The position numbers and the translations under genes are program-made. The notes beneath the pieces were generated by a model. It ran no database searches. It was given only the letters and a program-made list of their open reading frames with translations, and was not told where the DNA came from. Shown here one piece after another: positions 1 to 8,581 of a stretch of 64,000 bases of DNA. Positions within the stretch are counted from its first letter, which is position 1. Every line of letters starts with the position of its first letter. This stretch comes from an uncultured Methanosarcinales archaeon (GTDB taxonomy: Archaea > Nanobdellota > Nanobdellia > Woesearchaeales > CAYZNE01). The stretch covers positions 106,422 through 170,421 of the forward strand of contig CAYONI010000001.1 in NCBI GenBank assembly GCA_964405295.1, given 5' to 3'.

Positions 1-91
1 AAGAGGAAGATTAGCTGGGTTTGATATAATTTCTGATACAATTCTAAAGAAAATATATTCCAATGCAAAAAATATTAAAGAGTTTTTATTA

Positions 92-364
92 ATGTGTAAT
101 TCTTTAGGGGAATACCTTGCAGATGAAGGAAAGCAAACTGCAAACTTATATGATTTAAAGCACATTGATACTGAGTCGTTTGATAAATTAGAAATTAATG
201 GTTCTGGTGTGTGCGATAATTGTGGTGCAGATCTCATAAAGATTGGTGGATATTGGAGATGCGAGAATTGTGACCAATATTGTTTAAATTGTGGCGCTTT
301 AGTTGAGGAAAAGGATTCTTATTGCCCTGAGTGTGGTGTTGAATTTGAGGAGGAATCAGAATGA
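92..364 (+). CDS. Small zinc-ribbon protein with four CxxC pairs (two predicted Zn ribbons). The reading frame is open back to position 2, so it may be the C-terminus of a longer protein that starts upstream of the window.
   Basis: Cys pairs CDNC, CENC, CLNC and CPEC. Its stop overlaps the next ATG (ATGA). A GAGGAGG Shine-Dalgarno for the downstream gene lies inside its 3' end. Confidence 0.5.
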   Translation: MCNSLGEYLADEGKQTANLYDLKHIDTESFDKLEINGSGVCDNCGADLIKIGGYWRCENCDQYCLNCGALVEEKDSYCPECGVEFEEESE

Positions 365-1068
365 AGAAATTAACTTGGTATCATGAATTAGGGTTCTACA
401 GTAATCCTTTTAGTATAAAACCCGCTGCATTCCATAATGATCTTTTTGGTTATGATATATTAATTGATAAATTAAATGAGCAAGTGTACAACTCAAATAT
501 TTTATTTATTCACGGGGCATATGGAACAGGCAAAACTACAATTCTTAAGAAAATTATTAATGAGTTTAGGGGTAAAAGAAAGGTTATCTATTATAATTGC
601 AACAAGCATGAAGGATCAATAGATTTTGATGGATTATTAATTGGTGCAGGAAACTTTTTTAGCAGATTATTCAAAATTAAAAAGAAGAATATGATAATGT
701 TGCTTGATGAAGCACAAGATTTAAACAAAAAAGATATGGATAATGTAAAAACTTATTTTGAACAAGATTTTTTTAGATCAGTTATTTTTGTTAGTAAGAA
801 AGAAGATATATTCTTACCTGTTGGTATAAAAAAAATTATTGGAAAAAATTATTATGATTTGAATAATATTTCTCAAGATGAAGCAGTTACTATGATAAGG
901 AAACGGATAGGTGACTTGCAGTTTTTATCTGATGAAATGATCATAAGAATTTTCAAAAGAAATAAGAATCCAAGAGCCTTCTTGAAAAATTGTGAAGATG
1001 TGTGCAGAAACACTTTTAATGATGGCGCAGAAAAGGTAACAAGTAAAGATGTTGCTAATTTTATTTAA
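361..1068 (+). CDS. P-loop AAA+ ATPase. The N-terminal region resembles an Orc1/Cdc6 core, but there is no winged-helix domain.
   Basis: Walker A GAYGTGKTT. Walker B-like hhhLDEAQD (MIMLLDEAQDL). The N-terminal pattern F..D.L.G.D..I..L......NILFIHG resembles the Orc1/Cdc6 lead-in. GAGGAGG lies 8 nt upstream of the ATG. Confidence 0.55.
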   Translation: MKKLTWYHELGFYSNPFSIKPAAFHNDLFGYDILIDKLNEQVYNSNILFIHGAYGTGKTTILKKIINEFRGKRKVIYYNCNKHEGSIDFDGLLIGAGNFFSRLFKIKKKNMIMLLDEAQDLNKKDMDNVKTYFEQDFFRSVIFVSKKEDIFLPVGIKKIIGKNYYDLNNISQDEAVTMIRKRIGDLQFLSDEMIIRIFKRNKNPRAFLKNCEDVCRNTFNDGAEKVTSKDVANFI

Positions 1069-1139
1069 TTTTATTTATTTTCTTTCTGAATCGTTCAAAA
1101 ATCCAAAAAATATATGAATTAAACTACCTTTTTCTATTT

Positions 1140-2780
1140 ATGCATCGCTTAGATAAGTCAATTATTGATGCTTTCAAAAAATTTGAAGGCAAGGAGCTTA
1201 CAACATCTGAAGTTGTTAAATTTGTATTTCCAGATGATGCCAATACTTTTGATATTGATTCAGGAGACATTCTTTTTATTGGTGGTGAAAAAAAAGTTAA
1301 AACTTCAGTAAGATATAAGAAATCATTATTGCATAAAAGACTACTTTATCATCTTAATAAGTTAGTTAAACAGAGTCTATTGAAGCTATCAGGGATTGAA
1401 GAATTTGGCGAAAAAAGATTTTCTTTGTCTGAGGATTATGATTTAGAATTAGATAAAAGCAAGAATAATTCTGTTCTTATAAGAAATAATATTAACCCAG
1501 TAACGCCAATTGAGGGATATGAATTAAAAAGAATAGTAAGAAAATTACATTCTACTCATTGGATTAATAGGTTAGATGCAGTTCTTCTAAACTCAAAAAG
1601 GTTTCAAAGTATAACCAAATTATCAGAATTATTAATAGATTTATTTGATGATGTCAATGATTGCATAGCTATAAATTCATTTGAATCACTCTTACAGGAT
1701 AAAGAAGAGAATTCTATAGAAGAGAATGTTAGAAAAATATCTGCGGATTGTACTGATTATAATAAGACTGTAGTATTCATAATTGATGTTGATAATATCT
1801 TTGATAAAGAGAAAGTTAAGGATTTTATAATTTTAATAGCTGATTTAAATAATGATAATATGCAGGTTATTTTCGAGGTTGATTCAGAATCCCTAACAAG
1901 GAATAATGTTGATTTGTTTAAATGTTTAATAGAGGAGTTCTCAAGCAAAAAGATTAAAGTTAATATTAAGAATAAGTCTATTTGTAATGTTCCAGTTTTC
2001 TTTGGTAAAGCAGGTGTTTATTCTTTTGATGAAAGAGAATGGAAACTTTATGAAAAGGAATTTGCAGATAAAACTTTTGGAGCAAGTTGTTGTTCTTCAA
2101 CACTAATAGTGGATGTATTGGAGTTTTTTAATAATTATTCAAATGCTCACGAGTTTAGAGAGTTTATACTAAAAGCAAACAAAGCATTGCTTGTTGCAAC
2201 AGTAAATAAAATAAAAGTTGCCACACATTATTTTAGAACAATAAATAAAGCCAATAAGCCCTATTCAAATGAGTTTTACTCTTTTGAAAGAAATTATATT
2301 CGATTCTGGAACTATAATTTTAAACTACTTGAAGAGGGAAATAATTTGTTAGATTTGTTTAAGACTCTAAAAGAAAAAACAGAAGAGTTTTATCTTAACG
2401 AAGAAACCATTTACAAAGCTTGTGGAATTCCAATAAGGTTTAAGGTAGTGTTCTCTTCTGCATTTAGGAAGTCTGATTTAACTATGACTCAAAGAACATA
2501 TAAGAAAACAACAATTCAGGATATAAGCTATTTTGATTCTCCTGAAACAATATCTTATCTTAAAATAAGAGAACGTCTTTTAAAAGTGTTTACTGGACTT
2601 GATAGAATAAGATTTTTTAGATCAAGTAATCTAACACCAAAAGATGTAATAAATGAATTTAGTTATATTTTACAAAATTTTAACTTGCCATTAGTCACTT
2701 ATGATTTTGCTAATATTAAGGGAAATACTAAACTTACAAGTTTTTTTAATGTGCCTAAGAAGAAAAGGAGAAAAAAATAA
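1140..2780 (+). CDS. Hypothetical 546-aa protein with no recognisable motif and a basic C-terminal tail (KKKRRKK). It is co-operonic with the ATPase and the ThyA-like gene.
   Basis: Long ORF with consistent codon usage. A 1-nt gap separates it from the next gene. Confidence 0.55.
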   Translation: MHRLDKSIIDAFKKFEGKELTTSEVVKFVFPDDANTFDIDSGDILFIGGEKKVKTSVRYKKSLLHKRLLYHLNKLVKQSLLKLSGIEEFGEKRFSLSEDYDLELDKSKNNSVLIRNNINPVTPIEGYELKRIVRKLHSTHWINRLDAVLLNSKRFQSITKLSELLIDLFDDVNDCIAINSFESLLQDKEENSIEENVRKISADCTDYNKTVVFIIDVDNIFDKEKVKDFIILIADLNNDNMQVIFEVDSESLTRNNVDLFKCLIEEFSSKKIKVNIKNKSICNVPVFFGKAGVYSFDEREWKLYEKEFADKTFGASCCSSTLIVDVLEFFNNYSNAHEFREFILKANKALLVATVNKIKVATHYFRTINKANKPYSNEFYSFERNYIRFWNYNFKLLEEGNNLLDLFKTLKEKTEEFYLNEETIYKACGIPIRFKVVFSSAFRKSDLTMTQRTYKKTTIQDISYFDSPETISYLKIRERLLKVFTGLDRIRFFRSSNLTPKDVINEFSYILQNFNLPLVTYDFANIKGNTKLTSFFNVPKKKRRKK

Positions 2781-2781
2781 A

Positions 2782-3429
2782 GTGGAAATAGTTGCTAAAA
2801 AACCAATAACTGCATGGAAAAAAACACTTCAAGCTATAATGGATAATGGTGTTGATTTTGTAGATAGAGACAAAAGGGTTTGTAGAGAGCTATTAAATCT
2901 TTTATTGGTTATAGAGTCCACAGATGATATTGAAGACCCTGTTGATGTAATGAAGAGTTTTAAGGATTTTGTTTATCCTAGTAAAGAAGAAATCGGAAAT
3001 GTTATTCTTGATAAGGTTGGTCGTTCTGGATACGGGTATAATTATGGGCAGAGGTTGTTTAATTATAAGGGTGTTAAAAATCAGATAGATGATTTTGTTT
3101 TGCCCTTATTAAAAAGTAATCCTTCTTCAAGAAGGGCAGTTGCAATTATTTATGATCCTTTAACTGATTCAAAGAAAAATAAAAAATCTATTCCTGCATT
3201 ATTAAGTGTTTATTTCAAGATTTTTAAAGGCGCTTTAGATGTTTCAATTGTAATTAGAAGTAATGATTTTTTTATTGGATGGCCTGCTAATATTCTTCAG
3301 ATTAATTTGTTGCAGAAATATATTGCTGAAAAATTAAAACTTCCAACAGGGAAACTTACTGTATTCTCAAATTCTGCCCATGTATTCCAAGAGAATTTTG
3401 ATAAAATTAACAAAATAATTGAAGATTAA
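2782..3429 (+). CDS. Thymidylate synthase (ThyA)-fold protein of the short archaeal type. The nucleophile Cys appears replaced by Ala.
   Basis: By-eye alignment to E. coli ThyA: [9 protein letters not shown] vs [21 protein letters not shown] vs [32 protein letters not shown] vs [29 protein letters not shown] vs [8 protein letters not shown]. GTG start with GGAG 11 nt upstream. The longer ORF called at 2701 overlaps the upstream gene. Confidence 0.65.
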   Translation: [215 protein letters not shown]

Positions 3430-3468
3430 TAGGTATATTTAAATATGCTTTATTGATTCTGTGGTTAT

Positions 3469-3822
3469 ATGAAAACAAGTCTTGCTGAAAAAATATTGGC
3501 TACTGAGCCTGAATTTCTAAGAATTGAAGATACAGAGTTATTCTTAATTCCAGAAAAATCATACAATAAAGAAATAACTAATAATTTATTAGGATATAAA
3601 ACATCTATTGGTCTTCATAATGTTAATGGGTTTGGAGTGTTATATTATTTAATAGAAAAATTTAAAGATTTATATGAATCCTCTATGTCCATAAATATGT
3701 TTCTAAAAGATATTGTTGATTATGCAGGAGTTGCTGATGATGTGCTTATTAGGAATTCGCCTTATTTAGATTATTCTGATCATGCTACACAATTATTAGA
3801 ACTTTTAGAGCTCAATAATTAA
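3469..3822 (+). CDS. Hypothetical acidic protein, 117 aa.
   Basis: ORF only; no motif recognised. Confidence 0.4.
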   Translation: MKTSLAEKILATEPEFLRIEDTELFLIPEKSYNKEITNNLLGYKTSIGLHNVNGFGVLYYLIEKFKDLYESSMSINMFLKDIVDYAGVADDVLIRNSPYLDYSDHATQLLELLELNN

Positions 3823-3895
3823 AACGATAGATTTATATATATGCAGTATAGACATATGTATATTAAGTTATTTAATAAAATAAGGGTGGTAAAAT

Positions 3896-4165
3896 ATGTT
3901 AAAAGTTAAAAGAATATCTGAAACATACGATATGAGAGTCTTCACTGATTCTGGTGATTATTTTGGTGATGTTGAAGAATCAATCCTTACTCATACTAAA
4001 ATTATTGGCTGGAGAGTAAGAGCGACCAAGAATTCATTTCTAAACAAGGTATTGGGAAATGCAAAAGGAGTTATTGTGCCTCATCAACTTGTAAAAAGTA
4101 TTGGCGACATAATGATTATCAACAAAACTGCAGTTCCTTCATATGCTGGTGATGATGACGATTAG
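3896..4165 (+). CDS. PRC-barrel domain protein.
   Basis: Size (~89 aa) and the pattern V.D..G...G.V.........G..V.......+........VP...V..IGD.MII are typical of archaeal PRC-barrel proteins. GGGTGG Shine-Dalgarno 6 nt upstream. Acidic DDDD C-terminus. Confidence 0.55.
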   Translation: MLKVKRISETYDMRVFTDSGDYFGDVEESILTHTKIIGWRVRATKNSFLNKVLGNAKGVIVPHQLVKSIGDIMIINKTAVPSYAGDDDD

Positions 4166-4230
4166 TTAGTTTTTATTTTTATTTTTCTTAGGCAATATTT
4201 TTTTCTCACTAGTCAAATTCTAATAACATT

Positions 4231-4238
4231 TTTATATA
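4231..4238 (+). promoter_or_regulatory. TATA box (TTTATATA) about 24 bp upstream of the polB ATG, consistent with a leaderless transcript.
   Basis: The sequence tttatata lies at the archaeal -26 to -30 spacing relative to the start codon. Confidence 0.4.
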
Positions 4239-4258
4239 AGCAACTTTTATATTAAATT

Positions 4259-6616
4259 ATGACAAAGCATAATGCATTCATAACCTATTCTACATATGAG
4301 CTTGATGAATACAATCAGGCAAGAATACATCTGTTTGGCAGATTAGAGGATGGTAAGAGTTTTCAAGCAGAGTTTGATTTTAAACCTTATTTTTTCATTA
4401 AGGTTGATCAGCAGAAAGAGGCAAAAAAGTTTGCAAAAAACCTCGCTGCACCAATAGAGTTTGAAGAAGTTGAGCTAACTAATTTTTATGATGAGAAAGT
4501 AATTAAGTTAATAACTGATGTGCCTAAGAGGGTTTCAGAATTAAGAAGAGAGTTTGAGAAGAATAATATTTCTTGTTACGAAGCAGATGTAAGATTTACA
4601 CAAAGATTTCTAATGGATAATAATCTTAAGGCTTCTTGCACTTTGTCAGGTATAGAACAGAAAAGATTTGGTGCAGACGTGGGTTTTGTTAATCCAAAAA
4701 TAGAGCCAATTGATTACTATCCTAAAAATTTAAAATTATTGTCTATAGATATAGAAACCAGTATGGATATGAAAACTCTCTATGCAATCTCGCTTTATTC
4801 TGATGATTTATCTATTGTTTTACTTAATGCTAAAGCAAAAGGATTGAATAATGCAGAAACTTTCTCAACAGAGAGAGAGTTATTGTTGAGATTTAAAGAA
4901 TTAATTTTTGAACAAGACCCTGATATTATTACTGGGTGGAATGTTATAAGTTTTGATTTTAATTTGTTAAAAAAGTTTTTTGAGCGATCTAAAGTTCCGT
5001 TTAATCTTGGGAGATTAGACGAGAAGTGCACTCTAAGAATAGAAGAGTCTTTCCTAAGAGATTCAAGTGCTGATTTTAAAGGACGATTATTAATTGATGG
5101 GTTAAAGCTTGCAAAAGTTTCATTTATTAAGCTTGATGATTATAAATTGAATACTGCTGCAAAAACAATTCTTGGTGATGAAAAACTTCTTACAGGTAGT
5201 CAGAGAGGAGAAGAAATTGAAGAATTATTTTTACACGACCAACAAAAGTTAGTTGATTATAATCTTAAAGATTCTATTCTTGTATATGATATAATCCAAA
5301 AATCTGGAATGCTTAAATTAACAATACAGAGATCTAAGTTGACTGGTATGTTGCTTGATAAAGTTCAGGCAAGCATTGCAACTTTTGATTCAGTTTATCT
5401 GCCAAGGTTAAGAGAAAAAGGTAAGGTTGCATTCTCTTTGTCATTTGCAAATCAACATGATCAAGTTAGAGGAGGGTTTGTCCTATCTTCTAAACCAGGA
5501 ATTTATGATTGGGTTATTGTTTGTGATTTTAAGAGTCTTTACCCTACAATATTTAGAACATTTAATCTAGATCCTTATAGTCATTTTTATGACGATAAAC
5601 AAATTCCTAAAGAATTGCCTAAAGAGAAATTTATTAAAGCACCTAATGGTGCGGTTTTTAAGAATCAAGACGGGATAATGCCTGAGTTACTAAAAGAGTT
5701 TTTTGAAGTAAGGGCTAAGGTTAAAAGAGAAAAGAATGAAATGGCAAGTTTTGCAATAAAAACAGTGATGGCTACTTTTTCAGGTGTTCTAGCAAGTTCT
5801 AATTGTAGGTTCTCAACTTTTAAGGTTGGTGACTCTATAACGAGTTTTGCCCAGATGATAATTAAACATACAATGAAGCTTATTGAAGATAAAGGTTATA
5901 ATGTTATTTATGGAGACACAGATAGTATTTTTATAGATTTACACGTCAATAGTCTTGAAGAAGCAAGAAAAAAGGGTAAAGAAATTGAAAAATATATTAC
6001 TGAGTATTTTACTAAATGGGTGACTGATAATTACGCAAGAAAATCTTATCTTGAGTTAGAGTTTGAAAAAACATATCAGAGATTTTTTATGCCCCGGGTT
6101 AGAGGTTCTGAATCTGGTGCAAAGAAAAGATATGCAGGATTATTAATTGATGATCTGGGCAAGGAGAAAGTCGATTTCACAGGTCTTGAATTTGTTAGAA
6201 GAGATTGGACAGCGGTTTCTAAGGATTTTCAGCTTGGTTTACTTGACAGAGTTTTTCATAAAAAAGAAGTTGTAAATTTTGTGAAGCAATTTGTTGAAGA
6301 TATAAAAAAAGGTAAATATGATGAAAAATTAATCTATAAAAAAGCTCTTAGAAAGAAGCTTGAAGATTATACAAAGACAACACCCCCCCATGTTAAAGCT
6401 GCTCGAAAGCTTAAGAAACTTACTTCTAATATCATTGAGTATTACATGACTGCGGATGGTCCAGAACCAATAGAAGACCTAAAACATTCTATTGATTATA
6501 ATCATTATATTAACAAGCAGATAAAGCCGATTGCAGACTCTGTACTTGTATTCTTTAATCAGAAGTTCGATGATGTTATAGAAGGAGTAGAACAGAAGAG
6601 TTTGTTCGGGTTTTAG
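4259..6616 (+). CDS. polB: Family B DNA polymerase, compact 785-aa form.
   Basis: Exo I DIETS. Motif A DFKSLYPTI. Motif C IYGDTDSIF. A KKRY-like motif GAKKRYAG is present. Confidence 0.9.
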   Translation: MTKHNAFITYSTYELDEYNQARIHLFGRLEDGKSFQAEFDFKPYFFIKVDQQKEAKKFAKNLAAPIEFEEVELTNFYDEKVIKLITDVPKRVSELRREFEKNNISCYEADVRFTQRFLMDNNLKASCTLSGIEQKRFGADVGFVNPKIEPIDYYPKNLKLLSIDIETSMDMKTLYAISLYSDDLSIVLLNAKAKGLNNAETFSTERELLLRFKELIFEQDPDIITGWNVISFDFNLLKKFFERSKVPFNLGRLDEKCTLRIEESFLRDSSADFKGRLLIDGLKLAKVSFIKLDDYKLNTAAKTILGDEKLLTGSQRGEEIEELFLHDQQKLVDYNLKDSILVYDIIQKSGMLKLTIQRSKLTGMLLDKVQASIATFDSVYLPRLREKGKVAFSLSFANQHDQVRGGFVLSSKPGIYDWVIVCDFKSLYPTIFRTFNLDPYSHFYDDKQIPKELPKEKFIKAPNGAVFKNQDGIMPELLKEFFEVRAKVKREKNEMASFAIKTVMATFSGVLASSNCRFSTFKVGDSITSFAQMIIKHTMKLIEDKGYNVIYGDTDSIFIDLHVNSLEEARKKGKEIEKYITEYFTKWVTDNYARKSYLELEFEKTYQRFFMPRVRGSESGAKKRYAGLLIDDLGKEKVDFTGLEFVRRDWTAVSKDFQLGLLDRVFHKKEVVNFVKQFVEDIKKGKYDEKLIYKKALRKKLEDYTKTTPPHVKAARKLKKLTSNIIEYYMTADGPEPIEDLKHSIDYNHYINKQIKPIADSVLVFFNQKFDDVIEGVEQKSLFGF

Positions 6617-6680
6617 GCAGTGAGAACTCTTGTAAATAACTAAATTTATAAATAAAATATAGATTTCTTTTATACATTGC

Positions 6681-6753
6681 AGCCCCGTAGTGTAGCGGCC
6701 AATCATCGAGGATTTTGGGTCCTTGGACTCCAGTTCGAATCTGGGCGGGGCTA
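6681..6753 (+). tRNA. tRNA-Gln (anticodon UUG).
   Basis: 7-bp acceptor stem AGCCCCG/CGGGGCT. T-arm TCCAG-TTCGAAT-CTGGG. Anticodon stem GAGGA/TCCTT with loop TTTTGGG. GG in the D-loop. Discriminator A. Confidence 0.7.
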
Positions 6754-6774
6754 TCAACTCGCGAGCGAATTTGA
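6741..6774 (+). repeat. Copy 1 of the att-like repeat. The core ctgggcggggctat is the tRNA-Gln 3' end. It is followed by right-flank motif A (caactcgcgagcgaatttga).
   Basis: The same core recurs at 7786..7799 and at 8568..8581 (one c>t change). Flank A recurs at 7800..7820. Confidence 0.7.
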
Positions 6775-6923
6775 TGGGTTTAACCTCATTTTTGCTCGTG
6801 AAACTTTTTTCTAAGAATTTTTAGATATAGTTTGTCATAAGGTAAATAAAATGAGGGTGGAAAATGCTCTTTTAGAAAAGTCTTAAGATAACATTTATAT
6901 ATGCTTAATGTTTTTAGTATGTT

Positions 6924-7736
6924 ATGAAATTATTTGTTATATGTATGTTTGTCGTAACTCTTTTTTTGTTAGTGGGTTGTTCTTCTATGCCTCATATTCA
7001 AGAGAATTCTCTTTGGGATAATAATTTAACTTTTGAAAAGTATTCTTCTACAAAAGTTTCTGATGGCTCTTCTAACTATATTTATCATACTTATAGAGTT
7101 CCTGATTCATCCTCTTTAATTGATAGCTTTGAGCTTCCTAATGAAAAAGGCATTATTCATATTAGCGGGTCATCCTATGATTATAATTTGTCTGAAGAAA
7201 TAATGTTTGGCACTTCTACTGGAGGCCCTATGAAGTATTCTTTGAGTTTGCGTTTTGAAAATCCTACTAATTCCAAATCTTATGTCTCATTTAATCTTGA
7301 ATCAACAAGAGCTCTCAAAGAAGATTATTTAATGGTTGAACATTCTAATATGGATTTTAGTATCAGATATTCTGATAATGGGAACAGTAAAACTGTACAA
7401 TTGCCATCTGGTATTGCTGATATAGTCTTCTCTAATGGATATATCTTGTCACATTCAGAGAGTATTGGAGATGGAGATTTTCATGAATTCTTAGATTCCT
7501 ATATTGGTTCTGGTTATATTGTTATCAAAGAGGATTATTATTATGAATGTCCTGAAATAGTAAAGGTTAATGGAAAAGAAATTGGGAAGAGTGATGAAGA
7601 TTATGTTTGTCTTTTTAGTGGATTTTATGTTCCTGCTCAAGTGATTCCTTTCACTTCAAATTTGCTTGAAGGGCCTATCTTCGAAAAGATATGCTATAAT
7701 AATCTTCCACATTCTGAACTCTTAAAGGCCTGTTAG
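6924..7736 (+). CDS. Secreted lipoprotein, 270 aa. It is the cargo of cassette 1.
   Basis: Signal peptide MKLFVICMFVVTLFLLVGCSS with lipobox LVGC. Confidence 0.55.
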   Translation: MKLFVICMFVVTLFLLVGCSSMPHIQENSLWDNNLTFEKYSSTKVSDGSSNYIYHTYRVPDSSSLIDSFELPNEKGIIHISGSSYDYNLSEEIMFGTSTGGPMKYSLSLRFENPTNSKSYVSFNLESTRALKEDYLMVEHSNMDFSIRYSDNGNSKTVQLPSGIADIVFSNGYILSHSESIGDGDFHEFLDSYIGSGYIVIKEDYYYECPEIVKVNGKEIGKSDEDYVCLFSGFYVPAQVIPFTSNLLEGPIFEKICYNNLPHSELLKAC

Positions 7737-7770
7737 TCTATACAATAAGCATAAGCATAGTTTATTAAGA

Positions 7771-7820
7771 TTTACATAATAAAGACTGGGCGGGGCTATT
7801 AACTCGCGAGCGAAGTTTGA
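7771..7820 (+). repeat. Copy 2 of the att-like repeat, attP-like. It has left-flank X (tttacataataaaga), the core and right-flank A. A stem-loop and T-run follow.
   Basis: Left flank X is shared with copy 3. The core and flank A are shared with copy 1. Downstream, agcgaag-tttgagggtgcaaaccc-ttttttattcgct forms a hairpin followed by a T tract. Confidence 0.65.
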
Positions 7821-7905
7821 GGGTGCAAACCCTTTTTTATTCGCTTTTTATCTTTCTAAACATTATTTTTAATTTTTAAAAAAGAGAAGAAGTCAAATGA
7901 AGTTT

Positions 7906-8460
7906 TTATTCTTTCTTACTATATCTTAATATTGCTATTCCTTCTTGAATTGTACATTCAGTTAGATGCAAATCTATGTTGGGATTTTCTTTTAAAAACA
8001 AGGGTATTCCCTCACCTAGAATAATAGGAATAATACCAACAATATACTCATCAATAACATCTGCTTTTACAAATGCATCAATTGACCCAGCACCACCAAA
8101 CAACCAAATATCCTTATCATTTTCTTTTTTTAATTCTAATATTTGACTTACAACATCCCCACTAATAAATTCAACATCATATTTAGTATCTAATTTTTCA
8201 TTACTAGTTACATAAACCTTTTGGGATTTAAACATTTCAATAGTTCCTGGCGGAGCATCTAAGAAAGCCCTTTTCCCCATTACTACAATACTCATATCCG
8301 CTATAAATTCAGGGAAGCTAAATTGTTTTCTTGTATCATGACTTTTATCTCCATCTCCCTTAATCCAATCAAAACCACCATTTTTAGTAGCAATATAACC
8401 ATCCAAACTAATTGCTAAATTGAGTATTATTTTTCCATTCATTTTTATGAAATCCTCCAA
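7906..8460 (-). CDS. Dihydrofolate-reductase-like protein of the RibD C-terminal / YwjB family. It is the cargo of cassette 2.
   Basis: N-terminal motif ILNLAISLDGYIATKNGGFDW. C-terminal motif WLFGGAGS......ID. Length 184 aa. Confidence 0.6.
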   Translation of the reverse strand: MEDFIKMNGKIILNLAISLDGYIATKNGGFDWIKGDGDKSHDTRKQFSFPEFIADMSIVVMGKRAFLDAPPGTIEMFKSQKVYVTSNEKLDTKYDVEFISGDVVSQILELKKENDKDIWLFGGAGSIDAFVKADVIDEYIVGIIPIILGEGIPLFLKENPNIDLHLTECTIQEGIAILRYSKKE

Positions 8461-8551
8461 ATTAAAACCATTTGAATTAATAGTAACTTTAACTATTTAA
8501 ATAATATTGTTATATGACCCCTTACTTTTTGTAATACATTTCTGAGTGTGA

Positions 8552-8581
8552 TTTACATAAATAAAGACTGGGTGGGGCTAT
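8552..8581 (+). repeat. Copy 3 of the att-like repeat, attR-like. It has left-flank X plus the core ctgggtggggctat, followed by a different right flank.
   Basis: The 30 nt tttacataaataaagactgggtggggctat match 7771..7799 with two changes. Confidence 0.65.

Noticed and set aside
1757-1948. Numerous 60-140-aa ORFs antisense or out of frame inside large genes. Examples: 1757..1948, 4795..5031, 9272..9565, 10415..10837, 13811..14038, 17051..17272, 19144..19353, 21891..22175, 23958..24506, 24770..25198, 29122..30439, 34352..35533, 40237..41341, 46244..46546, 48032..48424, 50882..51160, 52134..52623, 55598..56794, 60071..60388, 60674..60973, 62055..62574.
   Set aside because: These are low-complexity, Ile/Leu/Phe/Asn-rich translations of the opposite strand of strongly supported genes. 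They have no motifs and no ribosome-binding sites.
6479-6757. 92-aa minus-strand ORF spanning the end of polB and tRNA-Gln.
   Set aside because: It overlaps a well-supported tRNA and the 3' end of polB. It is an AT-rich shadow ORF.
6741-8581. Integron (IntI + attC cassette array) interpretation of the tRNA-Gln cassettes.
   Set aside because: There is no IntI-like recombinase adjacent. The repeats are exact copies of a tRNA 3' end rather than attC-type imperfect palindromes. The region is therefore described as tRNA-targeted cassettes instead.
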